64,000 nucleotides of DNA. Origin: Chiloscyllium plagiosum. Its lineage: Eukaryota. A model generated the notes under the pieces. That model worked only from the letters and a program-made list of their open reading frames with translations. It ran no database searches and was not told the origin of the DNA. The first letter of the stretch is position 1; each line of letters begins with the position of its first letter. The position numbers and the translations under genes are program-made. Shown piece after piece: positions 1 through 13,727 of this stretch. The stretch is taken from assembly GCF_004010195.1 (NCBI RefSeq), contig NC_057718.1, forward strand, positions 7,622,787-7,686,786, given 5' to 3'.

Positions 1-372
1 TAATGCAGAAAACAAAGAGATGGTAAAGTCAGTTGTGGCAACTCATTCGCCCACTTGGTTTGAGTGTTCCATGCGCAGAACAATGTCTGATCACATTATT
101 CAGGTGACAACTATGTTGCTTGCTAGGGTCTCTCTCTAACTCAGTAAATAGGTGACTTTGACTCTAATTGACATAACTTGAGAATTTCCTCAGGTTTAAC
201 AGGATGGTAACCATGTCCTGCATATCGTTCTGAGCATCCCAAGAGGCTTTTTTTGGGAGCATGCAGGTGGTGTTTCCATTTTATTTGGCAACTGCGCTCA
301 ATCTTTGCCAAGTGGACTCCATTTCCAAGGCTGGAGGTTTGAATCTGTTGAAGAACATTGTTAGCCGCTGGT

Positions 373-832
373 AAGGCAATGGCCTTGAGGTAGAGCATTA
401 ACCCTGTGACCCTGGGGGTCCCATTTTCAAATCCCACCACGCAGATGGTAAAATTTGAATTCAACGAGAAAAGATCTGGAGTTAAGATTTTAGTGATGAC
501 CACAAAATCATTCCTGAATGTTAGGAGAAAACACATCTGGTGATCTCAAGAAGGAGGTTTTGTGGCTAAAGAGATTGTGGGACATGAGGGGAAGCAGAGG
601 TAATGGAATTGAGTTTGATGATCAGCCATGATCATATTGAATGGGGGAAGCAGGCTTGAGGGTTGAATGGCCTAAACCTGCCCTTTTGGGAAGGAAATCT
701 GCCATCCTTACCTGATCTGGCCTACATGTGACATCACATGCACATCAATGTAATTGACTGTTAACTGCCCTCTGGGCAATAAATGCTGGCCCAGCCACTG
801 ACATCAACATCCTGTGAATGAATAAAGAAAAA
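373..832 (+). mobile_element. tRNA-derived SINE (here called family B), split by an old CR1 tail at ~555-684
   Basis: Head ggcaatggcc...ttcaaatcccaccacgcagatgg, body ggaaggaaatctgccatccttacctg...ggcctacatgtgac, tail gggcaataaatgctggccc...catcctgtgaatgaataaa; same family recurs more than 12 times in the window. Confidence 0.8.
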
Positions 833-891
833 GGAGTCTTTCTGTTTTGTTATCTTCCATCGTGTAGCTCCATACCAGTAGCAGCAGTATG

Positions 892-1546
892 GAGTCATAG
901 AGCCGTACAGCATGGAAACAGACCCATTGGTCCAACTTGTCCATGTTGACTAGATATCCTAAATTAATCTAGTCCTGTTTGCCAGCACTTGGCCCATTTC
1001 CCTCTAAACCCTTCCTATTCATATACCCATCCATATGCATTTTAATTGTTGTCATTGTACCAGCCTCCACCACTTCCTCTGGCAGCACATTCCATACACA
1101 CACCACTCTCTGCGTGAAAAAGTTACCCTTAAGTCCCTTTTAAATCTTTCCCCTCTCCCCTTAAACCTATGCCCCGCTAGTTCTGGACTCCCATGACCTG
1201 GGGAAAAAAAGACCTGGTTATTCAACCTATCAATGCTCCTTATGATTGTATAAACCTCTAGAAGGCCACCCCCTCAGCCTCTGACAGTTCAGGAAAACAC
1301 CCTTTCTCTAATCAAGGATAAGAGGCCAGCACAACATTGAGATTCGAAGGGCCTGTACTGTGCTGTACTGTTCTATGTTCTATCCAGCCTCTCCCTATAG
1401 CTGAAACCCTCCACCCTGGCAACATCCTTGTAAATCTTTCCTGAACCCTTTCAAGTTTCACAACATCCTTCCTACAGCAGGGAGACCAGAATTGCACGCA
1501 ATATTCCAACAGTGGCCGAACCAATGTCTTGTGCAGCCGCAACATG
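892..1546 (-). mobile_element. CR1/HER1-type LINE 3' fragment
   Basis: Minus ORF LVRPLLEYCVQFWSP...LERVQERFTRMLPG; 3' UTR/tail (ctctatgactc) at left end. Confidence 0.92.
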
Positions 1547-2499
1547 TAGTGGAAAAGTCTCGATCAGTTAGATGCTATAAACTTCCATAAACACAGAGAT
1601 GTTTTATTTTAAGTGATAACTAAAAGTTTTTATTGTTTTGGGACGAGTCTCTACTTGGTGTAACTTCAGAGTCCACCACCTGGACTTTTAGCCGCAATCC
1701 GTTCCCTTATCAATCCCAGCATCTCCGATGCCCTTGATGTTGGCAGCGCTGACTCCAGTTTGCTTTCTGATATCGGTTTCAGAAGAATAATTCCTTACAT
1801 CTGTTGTCTTTTTGCAGTAAAACATCTGCCACTTCACAAAACTGCTTTGCAAAGATTCTCACATGGAAACGAGATGATGTGTTTGTGATGGTTACAGAAA
1901 AGTTAGCAAATTTCTTTTCACTTGGGAGATGTGGAGACCAGAACAAGGGGTGTCATCTGAAAATCACTGCTGAGAGATGATGTTAGCAAGCGGAAGGCAG
2001 CGGAAATATGAAATTCACTCCCCCCTTCAAAAGGAAAGCAGATTAGATAGGGAAAAATCCAATTGAAAAATTCCAACTGAAGTTTGCTCGAATTTTATTC
2101 AGCAAGACTGTTAAGGGTTGTGGAACTGACAAAGGTCGATGGTGGTTAGAATTGATGGCTGATTTCTGTTATTGTTCTGAGGTGTACAGTGTAACTATTC
2201 CCCATCTGTTCAGGCAGTGACGATAATGCTAATCTTGAGCTCAGTGCAGTGAGCTCAGTACACCAGGCATTTTGTAAAAGCAGCCTCTCCTCCAACAAGA
2301 GGTGTGAGTTACCTGATGAGTTGGATTTATTTACAGAGTAATGTTGCAGAGTTCAGTGTTGCTATGAATTGCTTTCATAGAAACATAGATAAACACGGAA
2401 ACTGGGAGCAGGAGTAGGCCATTCAATATGATCATGGCTGATTTGTCCAACTGAGTCCCTGGTTCCTGCTTTGTCCCCATTCTCTCTGATCCTTTCAGT

Positions 2500-2976
2500 G
2501 CCAAGAAGATTTACAAGGATGCTGCCAGGGTTGGAGGGTTTGAGCTATAGGGAGAGGCTGAATAGGCTGGGGCTGTTTTCCCTGGAGTGTCGGAAGCTGA
2601 AGTTGATAGAGGTTTATAAAATCATGAGGGGCATGGATAGGGTAAATAGACAAAGTCTTTTCCCCGGGGTGGGGGAGTCCAGAACGAGAGGGCAAAGTTT
2701 TAGGGTGAGAGGGGAAAGATATAAAAGAGACCTAAGGGGCAAATTGTTCGTGCAGAGGATGTTATGTGTATGGAATGAGCTGCCAGAGGAAGTGGTGGAG
2801 GCTGGTACAATTGCAACATTTAAAAGGCATATGGATGGATATATGAATAGGAAGGGTTTGGAGGGATATGGGCCGGATGCTGGCAGGTGGGACTAGATTA
2901 GGTTGGGATATCTGGTCGGCATGGACAGGTTGAACCGAAGGGTCTGTTTCTGTGTTGTACATCTCTGTGACTCTAT
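2500..2976 (+). mobile_element. CR1 LINE 3' fragment
   Basis: [28 protein letters not shown]...WNELPEEVVEAG (CR1 ORF2 C-terminus) followed by 3' UTR and tgactctata tail. Confidence 0.95.
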
Positions 2977-3530
2977 AAACGTATCTAACTCTTTTCTTGA
3001 AAATAGGCTTACCTGGTTTCTGTGGTGGGGAAATCTCTCTGGGTGAAGACATTTCTCCACATCTTGAGAGATGCCATTGAATCTTTTGACATCCATTGCA
3101 ATGAGCTGGTTGGGTGGAAATGGCCCATGTTCAATAGAGTGCAGCACCCTAAGAGGTGACGGCGATGAAACGGTCAGGAGGATTTGACAGCCGAGATGCT
3201 GAGAGGCTTTTATTTTCCTCATTCCCTCTGTAGAACCTCGAACACAGGATTACTCTGGGTGAAGGATTGAGAGGACGAGAAATTGAGCTACTCGAGAGGT
3301 TTCCAAATCTTTCAGGCTCCTCGTTCCCCAGAGAGCTGCTGGGTGCTCAGTGACTGCGTGTATTTGAGAATGATTTTGGGGACTAAGAGAATCAAGTGAT
3401 AGGGTAGGGAAGTCAACGATTAGCCCTGAGCTTACTAAGTGGCACAGAATGATGAAGAGCTGTATGATGTACTATTTCTTATGTTCTTAAGATGTAAAGT
3501 TTCATCTGAAGGACAGCCCCTCAGAATAGA

Positions 3531-3862
3531 GGAGGCAATGCTAGTGGTATTATCGTTAGGCTATTAATCCAGAATCTCAATCAATGCTCTGGGGACCCAG
3601 GTTCAAATCCTGCTAGGGCAGATTGTGGAATTTGAATTCAATAAAGAATCTGGGATTAAGAGTCTGATGATGACCACTGATTGTCAGGAAAAAAACCCAT
3701 TTGGTCCATGAGTGTGCTTCTCAGAAGGACATCTGCTCTCCTTCCCTGGCCTGGCCTACATGTGACTCCAGACAATGTCGTTTACTTGTAATTGCCCTTA
3801 GGGATGGGTAATAAGTGCTGGCCTAGTCAGCGGCACTCTCATCCCATGAGCGAATAATAAAA
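3531..3862 (+). mobile_element. tRNA-derived SINE family B
   Basis: A/B-box-like head (ctagtgg ... ggttcaaatcc), conserved body and tail. Confidence 0.85.
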
Positions 3863-4759
3863 TAGGGTACTTCTACAGGATGGGACTGTGTGCGCCAGTG
3901 TGTGTAAGAGATGCACAGTCCCTGACATAACGCTTGGATCTCGAGCATATTGATTGAGATTTACTCACAACTGCGACATGGTGGCACACTCTGGCTGTTT
4001 GTACAGTTCCATATGCTCAATGTTTTTGACGTTGATGCCCTGCATTTCAGTGTTATTTTCAGCAGAATCCTTGTTTTATTCCTGCTGTCTTTTTTAGCAA
4101 CAGTCCAACATGTGTTAATATTTTTAATTTAAGTATTTATTGCATTGTGTTTTTCAATATTAAATTGTCCAGTCGTCCTTTTCTATTGATTGGGAATTTG
4201 CTTTGGTTATGTGCTTTTATTGAGATTGAAAAACGACGGAGAAACACTGATGTCGTTCAGTCACTGATATATGACCATATTGAGGTTGAAAAGTGTAGTC
4301 CGTCATAGTCCGTCAATAAAGGTTTCATATCTCTGTGATATGCACAACAATTTATTACCTATCTCTAATTGCTGTCAGGAAGGGGCTGGCAAGTTTCCTT
4401 CTGGAACCACTGCTGTTATAGATTACCCTGTGGGGAAATGAGAATCAACCCTACTGGTGGTAATGGAGTCATATGGAGGGCATTAGTTTGTGATGACCTT
4501 TAACCTGGAACCAGTTCAAAGAGAGGAAATGTACAATTTCTTGACCATGTCTGCCCAATCTGTAATTGGCCTTAGGAATTTTTGAAAATGTGTTTTAAGA
4601 GTTTACATCAACTGTAAAGGGACCAATGGTATTTTTGTTTGAATAATACATAAATTTGATCCATATGACTGAGTGACCGTTGACCCGGAAGCAGTGCCAA
4701 CAGGAAGGAGGTTATTGTTTGAAAGGAAAGCTGCAGCAGAATCCCAAGGCATGTTACAC

Positions 4760-6465
4760 ATACATTGAGGAGCAAGAGGGTAGCTAGGGAAACAGCTAGG
4801 GCAAACTCAAAGATAAAGAAGGATATGAGTGGAGCCAGAGGAAGTGGATGAAACCCTTATAAATATTCACCAAAGAAAGGGATGTGAGGGATATTGAGGT
4901 TAAGGAAGGGTGTGTGAATACTGTTGGGCAGTCAACAGAATGAAGGAGGAAGTTGGGTGTCTTGAAATGTATTAAGGTAGACAGGTCCCCAGGGCTAGAG
5001 GGGATCTATCCCAGAACACTGTGGGAGACAAGGGAGGGAATAGCTGGGGCCTTAACAGATTTCTTTGCATCTTCTTTGGCCTCAGGTGAGATTCCAGAGG
5101 ACTGAAGGATGGCCAGTGTTGTTCCTTTGTTTAAGAGGGAAACAGAGGTAATCCAAGTAATAACAGGAAGCCTTTGGAGAAGATACTGAGAGACAGGATT
5201 TTTTCACATTTGGAAGTGAATGGACATGCTAGTGATAGGCAGCATGGGCTTGTGCGGGAAGGTCTTATCTCACCAACTTGATTGAGCTCTTTGTGGAGGT
5301 GACAAGAATGATGAGGGAAGGCAGTGAATGTTGTCCACATGTACTTTAGCAAGGCATTTGATAATGTACCTCACAGCAGGATGGTACAGAAGTTTGATGG
5401 GATCAGGGTTTGCTGGCTAGATCAATACAAGACGGGCTTGGTTATAGAAGACAGAGAATAATGGTGTAAAGGTGCATTTTGGAATGGAGGTCAGTAACAA
5501 GTGGTGTTCCACAGGGATCAGTGCTGGAATCATTGTCGTTTGAGACATATATAAATGATCTGGAGGAAAATGTAGGTGGTCTGATTAGTAAGTTTGCAGA
5601 TGACACCAAAATTTGCAGAGTTGCAGATAGTCAGGATGAATGTCAAAGGATACAGCGGGATATAGATAGATAGCAGATTTGGGCAGAGAAATGGCAGGTG
5701 GAGTTTAATCCGAACAAATGCAAGGTGATGTATTTTGGAAGATTAACTCCAGTGTGAATTATACAATAATCGGCAGAGCCCTTGGAAGCATTGACACTCA
5801 GAGGGACCTGGGAATACAGGTTCACAGATCCCTGAAAGTGGCAACACAGGTGGATAAGGTGGTCAAGAAGGCATACAGCACCCTTGCCTTCATTGTTCAG
5901 GACATCAAATATAAAAATTGGCAAGTTATTTTAAACTGTATAAAACTTTAGTTAGGCCACATTTGGAGTATTGGATGCAGTTCTGATTGCCACATGACCA
6001 GAAGGATATGGGATGCTTTGGAGAGAAGATTTATCAGGATGTTGCTTGGTCTGGAGGGTTTTAGAAATGAGAAGAGGTTTGGATAAACTTGGATTGTTTC
6101 CACTGGAACGATGGAGGCTGAGGGGTGACCTGATGAGAGGCAAACAAAATTATAAGAGGCGTAGATAGGGTGGATAATCAGAGGCTTTTCCCAGGGTTAA
6201 AAGGTCAACTGCAAGAGGCGCAGGATCAAGGTGAGAGGGAAGACAATTTTACACAGAGATTGCTAGGTGCCTGGCACACATTGCCAGTCGAGGTGGTGGA
6301 AGCAGGTACATTAGCACCGTTTAAGGTGTGTCCTGGTAGACACGTGAACGGGAGGTGAACAGAGGGATAGAAACCACACATGGGCAATAAGTAGTGGATG
6401 TAATTAAGGATCAGAAATTGGCACAGGCTTGGTGGGCCGAAGGGCCTGTTCCTGTATTGTCCTGT
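4760..6465 (+). pseudogene. Decayed CR1 LINE ORF2 (reverse transcriptase) fragment with 3' UTR
   Basis: RT motifs VTSGVPQGSVL and KFADDTK (ORF 5479-5673); many stops and frameshifts; tail gggccgaagggcctgttcctgt. Confidence 0.92.
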
Positions 6466-7639
6466 AGAAGGGAGGACAAAAAGGGTAATCTTACATGGTG
6501 CTTGTGTCTGTAACACGCTTAAACCAGACAGAAAGCTGAAGACCAGTTTCGAGCAGAGATTGGAGGCTGGAGCATTCAGTTTTGCCAACCACCCCAGTTG
6601 ACGAGGGTTATTAAAGGAATTGGATAAAGGAGTCGCTGGAACTGTACTGTCAAGTCTGTTGTAAAACAAGCTAGGCAGTTTCTACAGGAGTGCCCCACGG
6701 GTGACCACTCCATCTGAGTCCTCCAGAGAGCGTTAAATCACAACAAACTCAGGAACGGAATCCATTAAATGAGAATAAGGAGAAATCTACATTCCAGATG
6801 CTGGACTGGAAAGACGAGAGGTTTCACTTGGTGCAGAGAGTGATACAAACACTTGTGATTTCACGAGATAGTCTTTGTAGCTGTTATTTCACATGTAACT
6901 GTAGTTTGTACTGACTATAATTTGCCTGCTAATTCATGTTGATTCTAATTCACGTTAATACAAAAGCCCTGTACAAAGTTGAATGTTGCTGCATAATATT
7001 GAAGAATATGATCCTAATTACAGCTCCTCTTCTCCACATCTCCCCCACCACCAGCAGCACCCAGGAAGAGGGACAGGGAGAGGGAATGGTCCGTTACCCT
7101 CAGAGACCGGTCATTGACAGCAATGCAGCTTTGTGTCTGTATAGTTTCACAGGGAGAGTCTGCTCATACCCAGAAATGCTTTCCTACATTAAAGGTGTAA
7201 TATAAATGCAAGTAGAAATGGTGATATCATCAAAGAGAGACAGGGCACAGGTGAAATTAAACCATCACTTAACTGGAAGCAGATATCATCAGTGTTTCAG
7301 ATTCTGCAGGTGACAAGAATACGTGCACTCAATTCCCATCTAATTTGTTCTCCAGATTTGAACCTTACAAGTTAAATTGTTTAACTGTTCCGTCGGAGTG
7401 TGAAAGGGTTTTTCTTAGTCATTTGAGGTAATTGCAGTCAAGTTAACCTGGCAGGTTATTTTCTGTCATTAGACAGTTGCTAGATCTGCTTTGATTGCAG
7501 GCACTGAGATGTGTAACATTGTCCTGCCCCTCTTTGTAAGAGGTGGCAAGTTGTAAGGTGGGAGCTTGAGCCATGATGGTGATGAATGGCGGAGCAGGCT
7601 CAAAGGGCTGAATGCCCTCTTCCTGTTTTCTGTGTTTCT

Positions 7640-7838
7640 ATCCCTGAACACTATGGGTAATTTCTCATGGCCAGTCCACCTAACCTGCACATCTTTAGAC
7701 TGTGGGAGGAAGCCAGAGCACCTGGAGTAAACCCAGGTAGATACGGGGAGAATGTGTAAACTCCACACAAACAGTTGCTGGAATTGAACCCAGGTCCCAT
7801 GAGGTGGGAGTGCTCCCCACTGAGCCACAATGCGGCCC
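7640..7838 (-). mobile_element. HE1-type V-SINE (degenerate)
   Basis: Reverse complement of V-domain gtgtggagttt...ttctccccgt...cctcccacagtc. Confidence 0.85.
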
Positions 7839-8074
7839 TAATAATACATGACATGGAGGCAGAGCCTTGCTGAGCCTCTGGCCTATGCTGTGTTTGATGC
7901 ACTCTGCGTGACCTTTCACTTTGACTTCATCTGACAGGGGCTCGTGTGATGGGTCTGCGCCCATGTCCCTCGACTCATCTGGCAAAACCCTGTCATTGGG
8001 TGGGGGTCACCTGCTGCACCCATTGTGACTGAATCCTGGGTTTTGTGCATGGGAGGTGATGTGCTCATGCTATT

Positions 8075-8352
8075 CTGTCCAGCCGATCAATCCAAAGACC
8101 TAGGTAATGATCTGGGGTCCTGGATTCAGATTGCACAATGGCAGAAATTGAATTCAATAAAAAAGAAATCTGCAATTAAGGCACCATTGATGACAACACA
8201 ACAGCTGTTCATTGTTATAAACACCCCATCTGGTTTAGCAATGTTTTTGAGGGAAGGAAATCTACCATTCTTACCTGGGCTTGCCTACATGTGACTCCAG
8301 ATGGAAAACAAATGCTGGTATAGCCAGTGACTGCCACATCACATGAATGAAT
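8075..8352 (+). mobile_element. SINE family B (5'-truncated)
   Basis: Body cccatctggttt...gggaaggaaatct...cctacatgtgactccaga and tail catcacatgaatgaata. Confidence 0.75.
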
Positions 8353-8404
8353 AGTATGAGAGGTCTGAGGGGAGGGAGAGGAGCTAACATATTTAGTGTA
8401 ATAA

Positions 8405-8742
8405 ACGGTGGCACAGTGGTTAGCACTGCTGCCTCGCAGCGCCAGAGACCCGGGTTCAATTCCCGCCTCAGGCGACTGACTGTGTGGAGTTTGCACGTTC
8501 TCCCCGTGTCTGCGTGGGTTTCCTCCGGGTGCTCCGGTTTCCTCCCACAGTCCAAAGATGTGCAGGTCAGGTGAATTGGCCATGCTAAATTGCCCGTAGT
8601 GTTAGGTATAGGGGTAAATGTAGCGGTATGGGTGGGTTTCGCTTCGGCGGGTCGGTGTGGACTTGTTGGGCCGAAGGGCCTGTTTCCATACTGTAATGTA
8701 ATCTAATCTAATTCCAATCTAATCTAAATCTAATCTAATCTA
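8405..8742 (+). mobile_element. HE1-type V-SINE, near full-length, young
   Basis: tRNA head (tggcacagtgg A box, ggttcaattcc B box), V-domain, CR1-like tail gggccgaagggcctgtttcc, (TAATC)n end; CpGs retained. Confidence 0.95.
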
Positions 8743-9404
8743 AAACTCTGTGGCACTCTATTGAAATGCAGCCTGATTGGATCTGGGCACTGGTTTGTGA
8801 CTGGCTGAACAAAGTCAATGTCTTGCTGATTGTCAGTACCATTATCAAGTAAAACAACTGCATTTACACAGTGCCTTTACTAATAGTAAGGCAAAGTGTT
8901 TCCCTAGAGGGTTATCAATTCAACTTGGCCATACAGCACATTAGGAGGTACAGAGAGAGTACTGTCCTATGCTAGGGCACTGTATCACAGCTATGTAAGG
9001 GAAGCTGAGCAGAGACATGGTTAAGGAGCTGAGTGTTTGGAAGGTCTTGAAGGATGAGGGAGAGGCAGACAGGTTTGGATCAGGGGTCTACATAGAATTC
9101 TCCATGGTAAGGTGACACTTCCCTACTCTGCCCAAGTAGATGACTTCCTATGATGCTGTTCTAGTTTATTTTATATTTGCGCTTTCCTTTGGTCTGTTTA
9201 TTTTCCATCCTCTTCAATGGGTTGGATACTCCAGACTCCCGGCCAAAACCAATAATACGGTTATTTCACTTCATTTCCTGAAGCATCAGATCTTAAACAG
9301 CAATGTTTAATGTCCCTGCGTTAGGAAGGAGAGTCATGCAGGCTATGTGCTTGCTTCTGTCTGTACCTTTGTGACTGCTCTGACAGAGAAGAAAGAGGCA
9401 GATT

Positions 9405-9555
9405 CTCCCTGTGTCTCTCGCTCGCTCTCCCTGTCTCTCTCTCGCTCTCCCCGTCTCTCTCTCTCTATCTCCCCGTCTCTCTCTCTCTATTTCCCTGTCT
9501 CTCTCGCTCTCCCCGTGTCTCTCTCTCTCTCGCTCGCTCTCGCTCTCTCTCTTTG

Positions 9556-9607
<52 letters not shown>

Positions 9608-9692
9608 TCTCTCTTTGTCTCTCTCTCTCTCTCTCTCTCTTTGTCTGTCTCTCCCTCGCTCTCCCTCGCTCTCCCTCGCGCTCTCTCTCTCA
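9405..9692. repeat. Compound (TC)n/(TCGC)n microsatellite
   Basis: Seen directly. Confidence 0.97.
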
Positions 9693-10371
9693 CTCTGAAT
9701 CTGTCTTGCCCTCTTTGAAAGAAGTCTTCATGGAGTGAGTAGCTGGAAGGCAGCCCACGAGAGGCTGTGGATACAAGGGCAGAGTCACTATGAGGTTGTG
9801 GGTTACAGTGGCAGCAGACATTGGACATCGAACCCAAGGATGCTGTAGATCTCATCACCCCAGCAAGAAAGCTGTCCGATATCTCCTTCCTTTAGTACTG
9901 GCTTGAGAATAGGGGTTTTAAACATTCAGGAGGACTTTTAAAATTTCAGTACAGCATGAGGTTCCGATTCCTAAAATAGCCCCAAGGAAACGTAAGTGCG
10001 GGAGTGTAAGGGAATTCTAACATGCCTGAGCTCTGGCAACTCAAGAAGGGGACAATGATTGAGGATTGTCACAAGCTTGTGGACTGGTGTTTCTGGCAAA
10101 TTTGCCTCCCAGGCCAGTTCAACCAGGAACCAATAGTTGCTCTACTTCTGGTCTTCATCAAACTTGGATCCTGCTGTGTGGATGTGGATACTGAAAATTC
10201 AGGAAATGTTAAGTGAGAAAGGGTACAAATATTGGTGGAGGCAACAGTGGGATGTGTGGTTCTCATATATACCAGACTTGAGACCAAAATTACAGCACAG
10301 CGAAGCACAAGTACAAATCCTGGACATGAAATACATATAATATTGCTCTCTGCAGGTTTGATTGAGGGGGG

Positions 10372-10702
10372 ACAGTGGTTGGCTCAGTGGTTAGCACTGC
10401 TGCCTCACAGTATCAAGGACCTGGGTTCAATTCCAACCTCAGGTGACTGTCTGTGTGGAGTTTGCACAGTCTCCCTCTATCTGCCTGGGTTTCCTCCCAC
10501 AGTCCAAAGATGTGCAGGTTAGGTGAATTGGCCATGGGAAATGGAAATGGAAATTGTCCATAGTGTTCAGGGGTATGTAGGTTAGGTGCATTAGTCAGGG
10601 GAAATGTGGAGTAATGGGGAATGGGTCTGGGTAGGATACTCTTTGGAGGGTCAGTGTGGACTTGTTGGGCCAAATGGCCTGGTTCCACACTGTAGGGATT
10701 CT
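10372..10702 (+). mobile_element. HE1-type V-SINE, second subfamily (tail tgtagggattct)
   Basis: Head, V-domain and tail recognisable. Confidence 0.9.
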
Positions 10703-10799
10703 TTAAAAAAAGAACAGCAATGATGAGATTCATTTAACAAGGCAGTGCAGGAACAATGGGGCTGAATTGTCTCTTTCTGCTCCTCTGATTTTGTGACTA

Positions 10800-10990
10800 G
10801 ACCATAATCTCAAGCTAAACAAGTCCCATTTGCATGCAGGTTGGGCCCACATCCTTCTAAACCTTTTCATATATTTGTCTAAATGTCTTTGAAATGTTGT
10901 GACGGTGCCTGCCTCTACCACATCCTCGGGCAGTTCATTCCACACATGAACCACGCGAAAAAAGGATGCCCCTCAGGTCCCTTTTTAAAC
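10800..10990 (-). mobile_element. CR1 LINE 3' fragment
   Basis: Minus ORF VWNELPEDVVEAGTVTTFQRHLDKYM. Confidence 0.85.
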
Positions 10991-11470
10991 TGACCTCTTT
11001 GGGGAAGCAAAAGGTTCAGGGGAAATTGGGTAGCAGCATGCCAAAAAGTGTAAGGGGTTTTGATAGAGTTAAAATGAAAGGAATCGCAGGAGGGTTGGTA
11101 ACCAAACAGCACAGATTTAAAACAGTTGACAAGTGAAGGAGAGGTGGAGATAATGTGTAAGTTATTTATGTAGCATGCTGTTACGATCTGGAATGCTGTC
11201 TGAATGGGTGGCGGAAACTTAATCAACTTTTAACTCTCTAAAGAGAATTGGGCAAATACCTGAAAAGGAAAAGCTTGCTCAATGATGGGGACTAATTGGA
11301 TAAGAGGCTCTTCTGGCCTCTTTCTGTGCTGGATTTTTGTCTGACTTCCTTATTCTCTGATATGCACTTGGCATCCTGAAAGTATTACATTCTGACAGCA
11401 AATTGTGGCCAGTGTTAGGGAGCAAGTTTTCAGTTGCCTGGACAATGGTTGCTAAGAAAGGTTGGCTAGA

Positions 11471-11473
<3 letters not shown>

Positions 11474-11510
<37 letters not shown>

Positions 11511-11638
11511 CTCTCTTCACACACTCACACACACACACACACATGCACACACACATATATACATACACACAGACATATACTCTCAAATACACACACTCAC
11601 ACACACACTCTCTCTCTCTCACTCACACACACACACAC
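11474..11638. repeat. (TC)n + (CA)n compound microsatellite
   Basis: Seen directly. Confidence 0.97.
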
Positions 11639-12337
11639 CATGTGCAGCTCTGGTTATCCAAATTTAGGAAGGAAAGCGGTTTGTTTCTGAGAAGGTAGAC
11701 AGCGGGGCAAGTAACCAAGATAACTGATGTAAGGAGCTTATCCGATGAGGAAAAGCTCGTGCTGTCTCGCTTGCTTTCTTTGGAAAGAGGCTGATTTGCT
11801 TTGGCACGTTTTGCTGTTTTTTGGAATCTCGCAGGAGACTGGCAGAGCTGATCCAGACAAATTATTCACTTTGTCAGGAGGCTTCGAATACCACGGAGGT
11901 GGTGGTGCTGGTGGTGGGGGGGGCACTTGCAGGAAAGGCCAGGCCTGGCTGGAAAAGCCAAGTGCATATTTTAAAAAACAATTTACCGTAGTTTCACTTG
12001 CGGAACGAGTAGCAGGAAGGGTAATAAACCTGTGAACAGATTGGAGGAGTCAATGGAAGCGGGAGGGTGGGGTTGCTGAGAAAGGAGAAGGAATGAAGAG
12101 AGGTGGGAGCTTAAGGCCAGCGATATTTCACTGCTGGGGGCTTTCCTGCTTCTCCCAGCCTCTGTAAACATCACCCGATACAGACAGCACACGTCACTGC
12201 AGAAAGGGCCATGTTTTGTCATTGACATTTGGCTATTTTTAGGTCTGATGCCAAGCCTCATCACCAAAGCTGTGTGAGTTCACTGATCCCTGGAGACCAC
12301 GTTGTGCAGAATTTGTTTGCTGCTCCAGTGCTTTCAG

Positions 12338-12372
<35 letters not shown>

Positions 12373-12739
12373 AATCCAGTGGTAGGTATGAGTGGATGGG
12401 TATGGAGGGAGATTCCATTCCCCCTTCCCCCTCTTTTCATCCCCACCTCCATCTACTTACATGCCCCAGGAAGGATATAAAAGAAAGTTAATTCCTACCT
12501 ATGAAGGTTGGTGGTGGTCCCAGTGCTTCCCATTGGCTTTGAACATTGGGACTGGTATTTTGCATTTTATCAAGGCAGAATTTGCAGGAGATGTGAGAAT
12601 TTGATTGCTTTATTCATCCCCTGTACATCTCTTGCTCCCACCTTATTGCAGACAATGTCAGCAGTCTGTCATTTTTTTTTAAAGTTTCCTTATTTGGTAT
12701 TGAGACCATTCAAACCCCTGCTGCCCCATACATCACAGC

Positions 12740-13045
12740 ACCAGTCTCATTGCCCTATCAGCCCTGTCTTGTTGGCTTGCACAAGCTCATGGTTAACCAA
12801 TGCTTTGGTTATAACATCCTCTTTGCTGTTTTCCAATCCTTCCATGGCTTCACCTTTCTCTCTCTCTACGCTCCTGCTCTTTGGATGCTGCCTGACCTAC
12901 TGTGCTCTGATCTAAACTTTGGTTTCCAGCATCTGCAGTCCTCCCTTTTGCCTATGCTTCTCCATACCCCTATAATCACCTTAAAGTGGGCTATTACCTC
13001 AATAGTGCTTTGTACCACTCCTGTGAAGCATCCTGGGATGTTTTT
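12740..13045 (+). mobile_element. Old L2-type LINE 3' remnant, interrupted at ~12870-12952 by a + strand Penelope-like module fragment
   Basis: Degenerate L2 C-terminal coding (atcctc...ttttccaatccttccatggc) and tgtgaagca..ctgggatgtttt tail; insert ggatgctgcctgacct...tccagcatctgcagtcctc. Confidence 0.6.
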
Positions 13046-13424
13046 ACAGATACTTCCTCTGTATGTTGGTATATTCCAACGATCTCGGGTCAAACCTTCT
13101 GAGCTTTATTCAGGTTGTACATGACTATCCATTGACCGTTGGGGAGAAGGTGTGGTCACAGTGTCGATTGTCATATAAAAGCCCATCTGGTTTGCTAATG
13201 TCCTTAAGGGGATTGTATTCACTGTGGTCCTACATGTGACCCCAGACCGACAATAATGTGGTTAATTCTAAAATGGCCAAGCAAATCACTTGGTTCAGAG
13301 CAATTAGGGATAGCCAACAAGCATTAGCCTTAACCTAGCCCTGTAGCATCCCATGAAGGAAGAATGAAATAAAAAAAAACATGACCAATCCTTTTGTAGG
13401 TATGATTGGTCATGGCATACCCAC

Positions 13425-13727
13425 ATTAGATTACTTAAATTACTTAGTGTGGAAACAGGCCCTTCGGCCCAACAAGTCCACAACGACCCGCCGAAGCGCA
13501 CCCACCCAGACCCATTCTCCTACATTTACCCCTTCACCTAACACTACGGGCAATTTAGCATGGCCAATCCACCTAAACTGCACATTTTTGGATTGTGGGA
13601 GAAAACCAGAGCACCTGGAGGAAACCCACACAGACACAGGGAGAATGTGCAAACTCCGCACAGTCAGCCGCCTGAGGTGGGAATTGAACCCAGGTCTCTG
13701 GCGCTGTGAGGCAGCAGTGCTAACCCA
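13425..13727 (-). mobile_element. HE1-type V-SINE
   Basis: Reverse complement of HE1 tail, V-domain and head. Confidence 0.93.

Noticed and set aside
141..536. 131-aa minus-strand ORF
   Set aside because: 5' half is antisense SINE; the remainder has no recognisable domain or convincing splice sites
4261..4320. Possible fourth hammerhead-like motif (ctgatata-tgacc..ggtt-gaaaagtg, then aataaa)
   Set aside because: Two core mismatches and no palindromic helix III; too degenerate to support
4760..6465. Functional reverse transcriptase gene
   Set aside because: Multiple stops and frameshifts and 5' truncation; no intact ORF2 anywhere in the window
8405..8475. tRNA-like sequences at SINE heads
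   Set aside because: A/B boxes run straight into the V-domain or SINE body; not standalone tRNA genes
9347..9858. SL-rich and RE-rich ORFs (also at 11403, 30300, 33189, 47861, 58301)
   Set aside because: Translations of (TC)n/(GA)n/(CA)n or polypyrimidine tracts
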